DNA of 64,000 nucleotides from an uncultured Mycoplasma sp. (GCA_902493595.1 CABUPU010000004.1:9958-73957), one strand, 5' to 3'; positions 8,574 to 17,938 are shown, counted from the stretch's first letter. Notes: generated by a model from the sequence alone, not told the origin. Numbers and translations: made by a program.

Positions 8574-11357
8574 CTAAGCTAATAAAGCATAATTTAATTC
8601 AGCTAATATTTCTCTAAATTTTGCACCAAACAATTGGAAAAATTTAGCTAATCCACCCTTATTATTAAAAGGTGTTAATTCTAAATCGCTTTCTTTTATA
8701 TTCATTGAAATAGCAATATGATCTTTTATCATTCTTAACCATTCCATTTGTTCTTCACTGAATTCTCCATATCCTTCGTTTTGTTTAAAGCACCACTCTT
8801 TAAATTTAATATTAACAGTTGTATTAAATGATTTTAATTCAGTTGTTTGCTTTAATTCAAATTTAATTAAAGATATGATATCAGCAAGTTTGTCTTCTAC
8901 TCTTGTAGATACTTTATCACCATAAATAGTTGAATAAGCTTCCCATAATTTAGTATTTGATAGAAAATACGGAGCACTCATCATTTTTTCATATAATTCT
9001 TCAACCATTTTATAAGTTAATGGTCTATTTTTATAACTTTGATTATAAATAATATTTAATGCATCTATTGAATCTTTATTTTCTTCAATAAATTCTGCAA
9101 ATGTTTTAATTATTTCTTTGGCTTTTTCTTCTTTGTTTGTATCCCAGCCAGAAAACTCAATTGAATCTATATTTTCATTATCAATAATTTGATAATGCTT
9201 ATCTCTCGCTTCAAGAATAAATTTTCTAACTTCTGGATTATATATTGGTTTAATAGCTAAATCAATAATCTCTTGTTTTGTTGATTCATATTTACTATTT
9301 TCATCTGAAGATTCAATTTTTAAATTAATATAATCATCATCAAATGCATTTAAAATATTCTTCGCAACATCTATTATTGCTACACCGTCAGTTAATTTTT
9401 TAAATTCTTCTTTATCTTCTGTTTTAAGCACTTTATCCAAATTAATAAATCTATTTGCTATTGATGTCAATGTATCTTCATCTTTAGCACCAAATGCAAC
9501 GCTATTAAGTAAGTTTTTAAGTGATTCACTTGGTTTTCTTTCTAATTGTCTAGAAGTTGTTTTTTGTGATGATGTAACACCTACAGCATCTACAACTATA
9601 AATCCTAATTTTCTTTCTGTTGCTGATGGTGATACTTTTTTTAAATTATCTAGATCTAAAGTTCTTGTAGCTCTACCTAGCATTTGTTCAAAGTAATTCT
9701 TGCTTCTTACATCTCTCATGAAAATTAAACATTCAATAGGTTTAACATCTGTTCCTGTAGCAATCATATCTACTGTAACAGCAATTCTTGGATAATAATC
9801 ATTTCTAAATGCACTTAAAATTGATTTTGGATCTTCATCAGAGCCATAAGTAATTTTTTTACAAAATTCATTACTTTCACCGAATTCTTCTCTTATAATA
9901 TCTACGATATCATTAGCGTGACTATCTGTTTTAGCAAATACTAATGTTTTAGGAACTTCTTTTCTTCCTGGAAACATTTCTGTCAATACCTTTGACTTAA
10001 ATTCTTTAATAACATTTCTAATTTGCGATGGATTAACGATATCATTATCAAGTTGACTTGCTGAATAAACAACATCTTCATCTAATTGAGACCATCTTTT
10101 TTCTTTAGATAATCTTTCTCTTGTTTCAACAACTTGTTTTAATATACAAGCACCATGTTTTGTGATATTTGTTTCTATTAAATATGTTCCCTGTCTTCCA
10201 ACATTAACATCATCTAAAACAGCCTGTTCATGAGAATACTCTGATACGACATTTTCATTAAAGAAAGCAAATGTCCTTTGATCTGGAGTAGCTGTTAATC
10301 CAACTAAAAATGCATCAAAATAGTCTAATACTTGTTGCCATACATTATATATTGATCTATGACATTCATCGATAATTACAACATCAAAGAAATCTATTGG
10401 ATATTTTTTGTTATAAGATACTTCTTTTGGTCTTTCATTTTTAAATGACTTTTCTGATAATGATGATTCTTCATCTCTTTCATCCAATTCAAATCCTCTC
10501 AGAATTGAATACATTCTTTGAATTGTACTAATACATACATGAGTGTCATTTGGAATATATGATGAATTAAGTCTTTTAACATTGTATAATTCTCCAAATA
10601 ATCTACTATCATCATTTGGTCTATATTTTCTAAATTCTTCTTCAGCTTGTTCACCTAAATTTTTAGTATCAACTAAGAAAAGAATTCTTTTTGCCTTTGC
10701 ATATTTTAACAATCTATATACGGAAGTTATAGCAGTAAATGTTTTACCAGCACCTGTTGCCATTTGAATTAAAGCTCTAGGTTTATTTTCAGAGAATGAT
10801 TTTTCCAAATTAACAATAGCATTAACTTGACAATCTCTAAATCCATTTACATCAAGTTCTGGAAATTGTTTCATTCTATTTCTTAAAGTATCATTATCTT
10901 TTAGTAATTGTTCTAATTCTTCTGGTGTATGAAACATAAATATTTCTCTTGATCTTGCCTTTTCATCTTTGTAGTCACAAAATCTAATTATAATGTTTGT
11001 ACATTCATAAGCAAATCTGATTTCAGGTTGTTCTTTTAATCCTCTTAATCCACTTTTAATATATCTTAAAGATTGTTCCGCTACAACACCTAGCGTAGTT
11101 CCTCTTTCTTCTTTTTTAGCTTCAATAACACCAACAGGTTTACCTGCTATAAATATTAAATAATCTACAGGTCCACTATTGGTTTGTGCCTCTCTTAAAA
11201 TAACACCTAAAGATGCTGTAGGATTAAACGAATCAATATTTTGAATTACAAAACCTGCTTCTCTTAATTTTTTATCAATATCTATTCTTGCTTTTGCTTC
11301 GGGATTTAAATTTAAATCTTCTAATTCCATACTACTACCTCTTACTTCCCATTTCAT
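8574..11357 (-). CDS. hsdR: type I RM endonuclease/helicase subunit HsdR
   Basis: N-terminal restriction domain ('GKPVGVIEAKK'), Walker A 'MATGAGKTFT' and DEAH-like 'DECHRS'. The true start may be the internal Met (MELEDLN...). Confidence 0.9.
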   Translation of the reverse strand: MKWEVRGSSMELEDLNLNPEAKARIDIDKKLREAGFVIQNIDSFNPTASLGVILREAQTNSGPVDYLIFIAGKPVGVIEAKKEERGTTLGVVAEQSLRYIKSGLRGLKEQPEIRFAYECTNIIIRFCDYKDEKARSREIFMFHTPEELEQLLKDNDTLRNRMKQFPELDVNGFRDCQVNAIVNLEKSFSENKPRALIQMATGAGKTFTAITSVYRLLKYAKAKRILFLVDTKNLGEQAEEEFRKYRPNDDSRLFGELYNVKRLNSSYIPNDTHVCISTIQRMYSILRGFELDERDEESSLSEKSFKNERPKEVSYNKKYPIDFFDVVIIDECHRSIYNVWQQVLDYFDAFLVGLTATPDQRTFAFFNENVVSEYSHEQAVLDDVNVGRQGTYLIETNITKHGACILKQVVETRERLSKEKRWSQLDEDVVYSASQLDNDIVNPSQIRNVIKEFKSKVLTEMFPGRKEVPKTLVFAKTDSHANDIVDIIREEFGESNEFCKKITYGSDEDPKSILSAFRNDYYPRIAVTVDMIATGTDVKPIECLIFMRDVRSKNYFEQMLGRATRTLDLDNLKKVSPSATERKLGFIVVDAVGVTSSQKTTSRQLERKPSESLKNLLNSVAFGAKDEDTLTSIANRFINLDKVLKTEDKEEFKKLTDGVAIIDVAKNILNAFDDDYINLKIESSDENSKYESTKQEIIDLAIKPIYNPEVRKFILEARDKHYQIIDNENIDSIEFSGWDTNKEEKAKEIIKTFAEFIEENKDSIDALNIIYNQSYKNRPLTYKMVEELYEKMMSAPYFLSNTKLWEAYSTIYGDKVSTRVEDKLADIISLIKFELKQTTELKSFNTTVNIKFKEWCFKQNEGYGEFSEEQMEWLRMIKDHIAISMNIKESDLELTPFNNKGGLAKFFQLFGAKFREILAELNYALLA

Positions 11358-11809
11358 CTCACATATTCAATAATAATTATAACATACAATTCGACAAATT
11401 TTGATATTTTTCGACCAATTCGTACCAGAAATTACCAAATTGTATTAATAATCTTGACTATTTTTTAATTTTAAGTGATTAATACAAGGAATTGGAGGAA
11501 TTGTATGATTAGAAAATGTACTGATGAGGATATATCTGATGAAGAATTAGAGAAAGTTATAAATCCTTTTTATGATAATTATAATGAGTATATTATTACT
11601 TATGTATGCCTGAAGTAATTGCATTTTATATAGCTAGTTTTTATAGTAGGAATGCTATGTGGAAGCAACATTTTATCAACATTATAATTCAGCTAAAGAT
11701 ACATTTAATGTTAGTGATGATGAAAATTATGAAAGTATTAAAGCTGAAGTAATTAAGTTATTAAGAATGAAATATTCTTTAGAAATTATTAGTGAAGATC
11801 CATTAGTTC

Positions 11810-12413
11810 TTAAAAAAATCGAGTATTAGTTTTTGTTCTAATATTTTCAATCTTTGCAGTTCCTTCTGCCAAGCATTCAAGATCATAATGAAAATAGTAC
11901 TTATCAGCTCTTCTTTTCGTAGTAAGCGGTATCATTGTCCACAATTTTTTATCGCTTGTTGGCCTCCATAATATTGCTGATCTTAGCTTTCTTAATTCAC
12001 TGCCAATACCTATTCCAAAATCAACCAAGTAAATTGCATTTTGAATTAATTTATCTTCTTCTACATATTTTTTATTAATTATATATTTATCTCTGCACCA
12101 TTTTATATAGCTTATTCCCTCAAAATCACTTTTTACATTCTTGTAATATTAAATTAAAATCCTTTTTAGTTAACTTTAATGGTTTACCATGAACATAAAT
12201 ACATCTATTCATTTTAGATCTATTATAATCAGCAATTTTATTTACATCTACATATTTGTTAATGGAATTGTAATAAATACAGCCTTCTTTTTCTTTAGAT
12301 TATACCGGCATTCCAACATAATGATTTGCTGAAATATCATAGTTAATTAAAACCCATTCCTTATCAACTCTTTCATTAGTTTCATATATTTGTTTAAAAT
12401 TAATTGTTAACAT
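11810..12413 (-). pseudogene. frameshifted MazF/PemK-family toxin gene with an N-terminal extension (at least two frameshifts)
   Basis: RBS GAGGTG+ATG at 12413, 18 nt after the HTH-peptidase stop. The three frame segments are MLTINFKQIYETNERVDKEW..., ...SKEKEGCIYYNSINKYVD... and ...LVDFGIGIGSELRKLRSAILWRPTSDKKLWTMIPLTTKRR.... The last segment resembles the MazF core (WVDFDPTKGSEQAGHRPAVVL...VPCTTQ). Confidence 0.35.
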
Positions 12414-12430
12414 TTACTACACCTCGCTAA

Positions 12431-13516
12431 CTAATTACTCCATTTGTATCTTTCTCTATATTTAGCCATAAAAGAGTAATCATTAATATCGTTTTGAATT
12501 CGACCTATAACAATACCCGGTTTAACATTTTGAGAATCTGCAAACCTTTTTATTTCAGATAAACTTATATTGCTATTTTTAATAAAGTCTTCATAATCAT
12601 TTTGATTAATTAACATGTTTCTAGCAAACTTATCAGCTTCTTTTTCTTCTTCACTTTCAATAAATTGATAATCTATATATTGATTAGCAAAATCATCATT
12701 TGTTAAGTGGCCAATCTCATGGAACAAAGTAAACCAAAATATATCAGAGAAAGATTGTCTTATAGTCATACATAAAACAACTTTACCATTTCTTTTTTGA
12801 ATGAATCCTTGAACAGGTGCTCCAGTAAAATGTTTTACGACTTCAAATGCTATACCACACTCAGCAAAAATATTTTTCAATTCAACAACCATATCATTTG
12901 CAGGTAGAAACATTGTCCTTTTTATGTCTTCATATTTCGTTTTTAGTTTTTCTATATCATAACTATTAGTAATTTTTATTTTATTTGTAAAATACTCACA
13001 TAATTTTTGCCATGCATATAATACATATACATTTACTTTATTTGCCTTAGAACCTCTAAAAGCAGCTTGTTGAATAGATAAACTTGGTATACTACATAAA
13101 TTGTTTAAATTAAGAAATTTTCTCATATTTAAAACTGTTATTTCTTTTTTAGAATTACATTCAATTATTTCTGCATTTTCACAAAAATTAATAACATCTT
13201 TTAAATCTTTTAATATATTTAATTCTTTTTCTTCAATATTACTTAAACTATTAATTTCAAAAACTTCTTTATCATAGTTACTTTGAAGGTTCATCCAAAA
13301 ACTAGCAGGTATACCTAAAGCATACTCTAATCTATTTGCAAACTCAGATGATATATCCTTCTTTCCCCTCACAACCTCACTAATATGTTTAGGAGAATAT
13401 TCTGTTCTTATAGCTAATTCTTCTTGCGACATCTTCTTTTCTTCCAAAACTTCTTTAATTGTTTCCCCTGGATGAACTAACAAATCAAGGGATAAGCCAT
13501 TCACATTTCCCATCAT
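12431..13516 (-). CDS. fusion of a HigA-like XRE HTH antitoxin and an ImmA/IrrE-family (COG2856) Zn metallopeptidase
   Basis: The N-terminus 'VHPGETIKEVLEEKKMSQEELAIRTEYSPKHISEVVRGKKDIS' is HigA-like. The C-terminus carries HExxH 'LFHEIGHL'. It overlaps the upstream HigB-like gene by 32 nt. Confidence 0.7.
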   Translation of the reverse strand: MMGNVNGLSLDLLVHPGETIKEVLEEKKMSQEELAIRTEYSPKHISEVVRGKKDISSEFANRLEYALGIPASFWMNLQSNYDKEVFEINSLSNIEEKELNILKDLKDVINFCENAEIIECNSKKEITVLNMRKFLNLNNLCSIPSLSIQQAAFRGSKANKVNVYVLYAWQKLCEYFTNKIKITNSYDIEKLKTKYEDIKRTMFLPANDMVVELKNIFAECGIAFEVVKHFTGAPVQGFIQKRNGKVVLCMTIRQSFSDIFWFTLFHEIGHLTNDDFANQYIDYQFIESEEEKEADKFARNMLINQNDYEDFIKNSNISLSEIKRFADSQNVKPGIVIGRIQNDINDYSFMAKYRERYKWSN

Positions 13517-13850
13517 GATAATCTGCCACTCCTTTCAAATTAACTTTCTTACATTTTCTTAACGAATCATCATCTAACATTTCAGATAATGGTTCTACTA
13601 TTAATCTATAATTTCTATTAATTTTAATACCAAAAAGATTATCTAAATTTCCTACAAGAGGATGAGGATCACCCAAGCCGATATCTAAATACTCTTTAAA
13701 ATTATCTGCTGCCCTAAGTTGATCTATTCTCTGTTTTAGTGCTCTTGTCATATCAATACCAATAGTCTTCTTTAAGTTTTCAATATCACTTAATTTCTTT
13801 TCTAACCTTCTGTTATCAGCTTCGATTTGCAACCTCAAACCTCCTCTCAT
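13485..13850 (-). CDS. higB: HigB-like toxin (plasmid-maintenance killer protein family, RelE/ParE superfamily)
   Basis: C-terminal pattern '...INRNYRLIVEPL...VNLKGVADYHDG' matches the HigB signature '..nyRlif....v.i..i.DYH'. It is the first gene of the pair, the typical HigBA order. Confidence 0.5.
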   Translation of the reverse strand: MRGGLRLQIEADNRRLEKKLSDIENLKKTIGIDMTRALKQRIDQLRAADNFKEYLDIGLGDPHPLVGNLDNLFGIKINRNYRLIVEPLSEMLDDDSLRKCKKVNLKGVADYHDGKCEWLIP

Positions 13851-13927
13851 TTCTAAATTACCTAATAGGTAATTTTATTATATGCTATTTTTTTCAAAAA
13901 TACAACCCTTTTTACAAAAAAAGTCAT

Positions 13928-14131
13928 CTATTTTAATTCAGACAACTCTTCATAATTTTCTTCATTACCCATCCTTTTTAAATAATCTTTACCACCATCA
14001 ACAGCAACAGCACCGCAAGAGCACTTTTTATAATCATTTGTACTTTTAGACTCTATGATATCTCCGCATTTTTTACATTTGATTTTATTACTAATTATTT
14101 CTTCTTTCTTTTCCATAATCCAACTCCTCAT
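13928..14131 (-). CDS. small zinc-ribbon protein (CxxC...CxC), unknown function
   Basis: 67 aa with 'CKKCGD' and 'CSCGA'. It has a -10 TATAAT and RBS GAGGAG. Confidence 0.4.
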   Translation of the reverse strand: MRSWIMEKKEEIISNKIKCKKCGDIIESKSTNDYKKCSCGAVAVDGGKDYLKRMGNEENYEELSELK

Positions 14132-14199
14132 AAGTATTATACCGTGATCTTATACTAATCATATCCTACCGTTTGCGGTATAATATTTTTGTAATCATA

Positions 14200-14345
14200 C
14201 GGATATTATCAATTTTGTCCGTATTAATGGTAAAAAGTCCATTGAGAATTTTTGCCACTTTTGCCACTTTTTCTCAATGAGATTTAAAATAAATAAAAAA
14301 TCCATTGAAGATTTTTGCCACTTTCGGCATTTTTTCTCAATGAAC
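14200..14345. repeat. two tandem ~62-bp units, each a 9-bp inverted repeat CATTGAGAA-N23-TTCTCAATG around a TTTTTGCCACTTT core; operator-like
   Basis: Units at ~14205-14262 and ~14268-14329 are near-identical. They sit between the 27-bp DR and the promoter of the zinc-ribbon gene. Confidence 0.5.
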
Positions 14346-14434
14346 CATTCTTAATTCAAATTTTTTTGTACCTAAATTGTACCTAAAATTATTTTATCAA
14401 CATTAGTGCCTCACAAACCCATATAAAATGGGCA

Positions 14435-14464
14435 CAAAAAATGAGAGCACGGTTAAATGCTCTC
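14435..14464 (-). terminator. rho-independent terminator downstream of the NUDIX gene
   Basis: GAGAGCA-cggttaaa-TGCTCTC with an A-run on the plus strand, giving a U-tail on the minus transcript. Confidence 0.5.
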
Positions 14465-14600
14465 TTCAGGGGGAAGAACAACCTACAACACCACCGTGAT
14501 GAGAACAACATCCTCTTTTAGCATAAACACTAATAGGTATTAATAAAATAATTAATAATAAAATCTTTATATTTTTCACTTCAAAAAACCTCATATTAAA

Positions 14601-14996
14601 TTATTCATATCTTTCCATTACATCTTTTGCAAGAGGTATATCTGCAGGAGCTAAATCATAATTTAATAAATCATTTATTTTTACCCAAGCATATTCTGAG
14701 TGTGCATGAAGTTTAAAGTTACCATCAATATATTCACATTCATATAATTTAAGTATTACATTACCATGTGGATAATTAAAAGTGCTTTGTGATATAAAAT
14801 CTTTTGCTTTAACTTTTACATCAAATTCTTCATAAATTTCTCTTTCTATAGCTATTTTTTCATCTTCATTTTCTTCGACTTTACCACCAGGAAATTCCCA
14901 TTTACCTTTTGCATCTTTATCCGTAGATCTTTTTGCAATTAATACTTTATTATCCTTAAAAATTAAAGCCGCTACTACATTTATATCTTTACTCAT
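14601..14996 (-). CDS. NUDIX hydrolase (MutT-like)
   Basis: Nudix box 'GKWEFPGGKVEENEDEKIAIEREIYEEF'. Confidence 0.7.
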   Translation of the reverse strand: MSKDINVVAALIFKDNKVLIAKRSTDKDAKGKWEFPGGKVEENEDEKIAIEREIYEEFDVKVKAKDFISQSTFNYPHGNVILKLYECEYIDGNFKLHAHSEYAWVKINDLLNYDLAPADIPLAKDVMERYE

Positions 14997-15041
14997 AATA
15001 CATTTACCTTTCGTTAATCCTATTATACTATATTTTCAATA

Positions 15042-15072
15042 TTAAAAAAACTAAATGTTTCTTGACATTTAG
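15042..15072 (-). terminator. rho-independent terminator directly after the methyltransferase stop
   Basis: CTAAATGT-ttcttg-ACATTTAG with a U-run on the minus strand. Confidence 0.5.
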
Positions 15073-15074
15073 CT

Positions 15075-15761
15075 TTATTTAACTTTCTTTATTAATACAT
15101 GGTAATGAAAAGATGAATATGTTTTATCATTTGATTCATAAAAATCTTCAATATGATTAATAAACTCTATTTTAAAATCTTTGAATAAAACTTTTATTAA
15201 ATCATAATCTGCATAAAAATGTGGTGTTTTATATTCTGGGCCCTCTTCCATTCTAAGTCTTGTATTTTCATCTACTAAAGGCCAAGAAGTTTGTTTAAAT
15301 CCCCATGTAGATTTAGAACCAAGTGTTAAATAGCATTCTCCATTATCCTTTAAAACTCTATAAAGTTCTTTAATTATTTGTTTAACTCCTTCAGTATCTT
15401 GATGTGATATAACATTTCTACATAATATACAATCAAAACTATTATCATCATATGGTAAATGAATCATATCACCTTTTTTTAAGTCTGCTTTTAAGTTAAG
15501 AGAATCTAGCCATTCTTTAGCTCTTGTTAAACCTTCTTCACTAATATCAAATCCATACGTTTTAAAGTCATTACTTGCAAATAATACAGTATGTCTTCCT
15601 AACCCACAACCTAAATCTAGAAAAGATTTAAAGCCTAGTCCTTTCCACCTATCAAGTAAATAATATGACTCAATACTTGGTATTTTCCATACACAGTTTG
15701 AATCATCCTCAACCATTTTCCAATTCCATCCTTTAGATTTAATCATTACTTCCTCCTTCAA
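15075..15761 (-). CDS. class I SAM-dependent methyltransferase
   Basis: Motif I 'LDLGCGLGRHT'; 228 aa. Confidence 0.6.
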   Translation of the reverse strand: MKEEVMIKSKGWNWKMVEDDSNCVWKIPSIESYYLLDRWKGLGFKSFLDLGCGLGRHTVLFASNDFKTYGFDISEEGLTRAKEWLDSLNLKADLKKGDMIHLPYDDNSFDCILCRNVISHQDTEGVKQIIKELYRVLKDNGECYLTLGSKSTWGFKQTSWPLVDENTRLRMEEGPEYKTPHFYADYDLIKVLFKDFKIEFINHIEDFYESNDKTYSSFHYHVLIKKVK

Positions 15762-15957
15762 TAATTTTATTTAAATCTTTATTACTTTTAACACAATAAT
15801 ATGATTTAACATCCTCGATAACTTTTCCTATAAACTCATTATCATTAGTTTCTAATACTTTTTTCTTTGTTAATTTTAAATCTATCTTATCATCTCCTGC
15901 TGCATATAATGTTTCTATTACATAAAATTCATCTTTTACCTCAATAAAATATAGCAT
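15739..15957 (-). CDS. hypothetical small protein
   Basis: 72-aa ORF overlapping the methyltransferase start. A further 43-aa ORF (16009-16140, minus) with RBS AAAGGA lies upstream. The two could be pieces of one gene. Confidence 0.25.
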   Translation of the reverse strand: MLYFIEVKDEFYVIETLYAAGDDKIDLKLTKKKVLETNDNEFIGKVIEDVKSYYCVKSNKDLNKIIEGGSND

Positions 15958-16220
15958 AACTTTAGTAAAATCTAAATTAAAATTGCTATAACTTAAAGTA
16001 ATTCTTCATACTATTTCCCTATTACCATTTTTTATTGCATAATCAATTAATTTATCTAAATTTTCTTGTCCTATATTTTTAGGATGCTCTAAAGATAAAC
16101 AACTTTTAAGCTCATTTAAAATAATATCAAAATCCATTTATAATCCTTTCAAAGATAATACTCTGCATAAAAGTTCATGTATATCCTTAGTATACAATAC
16201 AAATTATTATAATTCAATTA

Positions 16221-16326
16221 CAAAGTACGCATTTTTTGAAATATAATTTTGCCTAACTTATGCTAAAAAATCACTATTTTTTAGTGAAAACTGTCAAACA
16301 AAAAAATCTCTTTCGAGATTTTAATT
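16221..16326. repeat. ~106-bp direct repeat copy 1 (contains a terminator hairpin); begins at the dpnB stop codon
   Basis: Near-identical (~4 mismatches/indels) to 18852-18958. On the minus strand it contains AAATCTC-gaaa-GAGATTT followed by a U-run. Confidence 0.7.
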
Positions 16327-17190
16327 TAACACTTGTTTTAAAGTGCCATTTTCCAAATCATTAATGTTATACATTGTTTCAAGTTCATTAAATGTTTCTT
16401 TAAGATTATTCTTTGCATCATGCCAACCTAAGCCATCAGTAATCCATATAAACGTTATTCCATCAATTTCCTTTACTTTTTTTGCTAGCATTTCATAACT
16501 TCTTGCAATTTCATTTAATTTAGAACCACTACTTGCATAAAAATTTGTTTCAATTAAATATATTTGTTTAGGAGTTTTTATAACAAAATCAAATCTTTTT
16601 GTGGAAACATTATTTCCAGATAAAGAACTTAAATCAATATTCCATCTTTTCTCAATATCATTTAAGTACATTTCTTTAAAGTAATTTACATCTTTAACAA
16701 AACCAGATTCCTTAATATATTTTTCTACTAAATCTTCCATTAAATGACCACCACGATTTTTTCTACCATTAGAATCAAGACCAACTTCAATTCCTAAAAC
16801 ATAATCATATAAATTATTTATAATATGATTTTGTAATAAATCAAATAGACCACTTTCTTGCATAAACCTAACATAGTCATCCATTGAATAAACCATTTTT
16901 TTAAAGTCAAATAAATATTCATTAATTTCATCCTTAACAAATATTTCAGTAGAACGAACCGCTAAAAGAAGTGGTATACATTCTAAAGTTTCAGGATATT
17001 TAAGCATTATGTTTTTAAAAGCTTCTTCAATTGTTTTACTACCAATTAATGAATTTAAAATATTAAGTTCTACTTTTACTTTATCAACATTTTTATATAT
17101 TTTTTTAAAATCAGCATAATAACTATAATTAGATATACTAGACTTAAAGTTTTTAATCCATTCATTAAAATCTCTTTTCATTTTCATCAC
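16321..17190 (-). CDS. dpnB: type II restriction endonuclease, DpnII/MboI family (GATC), DpnB-like
   Basis: 289 aa. Its position and size match the third gene of the S. pneumoniae DpnII cassette (dpnM-dpnA-dpnB). It overlaps dpnA by 26 nt, as in pneumococcus. Confidence 0.7.
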   Translation of the reverse strand: MMKMKRDFNEWIKNFKSSISNYSYYADFKKIYKNVDKVKVELNILNSLIGSKTIEEAFKNIMLKYPETLECIPLLLAVRSTEIFVKDEINEYLFDFKKMVYSMDDYVRFMQESGLFDLLQNHIINNLYDYVLGIEVGLDSNGRKNRGGHLMEDLVEKYIKESGFVKDVNYFKEMYLNDIEKRWNIDLSSLSGNNVSTKRFDFVIKTPKQIYLIETNFYASSGSKLNEIARSYEMLAKKVKEIDGITFIWITDGLGWHDAKNNLKETFNELETMYNINDLENGTLKQVLN

Positions 17191-17938
17191 TTTCCTTTCT
17201 TTTAATTGTTAAATCTAAATATTCTTTTTCTTTTTCAATACCGATATACCTTCTTTTTAATTTGCTGGCAACAATACCAGTTGTGCCACTTCCATTAAAA
17301 GGATCTAATATTAAATCATTTTCATTAGTTGAAGCAAGTATAATTTTTTCTAATAATTCTATTGGTTTTTGAGTGGGATGTTTTCCACACTTTTTTTCAC
17401 TTGGTTTGGTAAGTGAGGTTTCCCAAACATCTTTCATTTGTTTATTATTATTAAGTTTTTTCATAATGTCATAATTAAATTTATATTTAACATTCTTTAT
17501 GTCCTTTTTGGCCCATAAAATAGTTTCTGTCGAATGAACAAAACATTTACAACTTATGTTTGGTGGTGGATTTAATTTTTTCCAAGTAATATTATTAATT
17601 ATTTTAAATCCATTTTCCTCAAGGGCCATACCTATAGAATAAATGTTATGCATAGTTCCACTTATCCAAATTGTTCCATCATCTTTTAAAACATCTTTGC
17701 ATAATTTTATCCATTTTTTGTTAAAATTGTGTTTTTCTTTTAAAGTAATAGATTTATCCCAATCGCCTTTATTAACACTAACTATTTTTCCACCACTACA
17801 TGTAATACCATTACTAGATAAAAAATATGGGGGATCAGCAAATATTACATCAATACTTTTAGGTTCTATATTTTTAAGTATTTTTAAAGAATCACCTTTA
17901 TATAATGTAAAATTATCTTTTTCATAGTATGGTTTCAC
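17165..17938 (-). CDS. dpnA: N6-adenine DNA methyltransferase DpnA-like (ssDNA-active GATC methylase, beta class)
   Basis: 'IFADPPYFLSSNG...GGKIVSVNKGDWDK...WISGTMHNIYSIGMALEENGFKIINNITWKK...GKHPTQKP...ILDPFNGSGTTG' is very close to DpnA as I recall it. Confidence 0.85.
   Translation of the reverse strand: MKPYYEKDNFTLYKGDSLKILKNIEPKSIDVIFADPPYFLSSNGITCSGGKIVSVNKGDWDKSITLKEKHNFNKKWIKLCKDVLKDDGTIWISGTMHNIYSIGMALEENGFKIINNITWKKLNPPPNISCKCFVHSTETILWAKKDIKNVKYKFNYDIMKKLNNNKQMKDVWETSLTKPSEKKCGKHPTQKPIELLEKIILASTNENDLILDPFNGSGTTGIVASKLKRRYIGIEKEKEYLDLTIKRKESDENEKRF

Larger units (their letters stand above)
2380..14388. mobile_element. ~12 kb genomic/defence island bounded by perfect 27-bp direct repeats TTTTTTGTACCTAAATTGTACCTAAAA (2380-2406 and 14362-14388); no integrase present
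   Basis: Identical 27-mers lie in direct orientation 11,982 bp apart, each immediately downstream (in minus-strand sense) of a terminator hairpin. The enclosed genes are all defence/TA-type and the flanking genes are housekeeping. Confidence 0.6.

Noticed and set aside
11505-11829. Plus-strand gene (MIRKCTDEDISDEELEKV... then ...EATFYQHYNSAKDTFNVSDDENYESIKAEVIKLLRMKYSLEIISEDPLVLKKIEY)
   Set aside because: It is split over at least two frames with internal stops. It could be a second pseudogene, but the evidence is too weak to call a feature.
14200-14345. Possible CRISPR array (tandem ~60-bp palindromic units)
   Set aside because: Only two units, no spacer-like unique segments and no cas genes; the units are themselves long inverted repeats.
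2380-14388. Integrase or recombinase inside the island
   Set aside because: I checked every ORF ≥60 aa in the track. None shows tyrosine- or serine-recombinase or DDE-transposase motifs, and none is present at either end.
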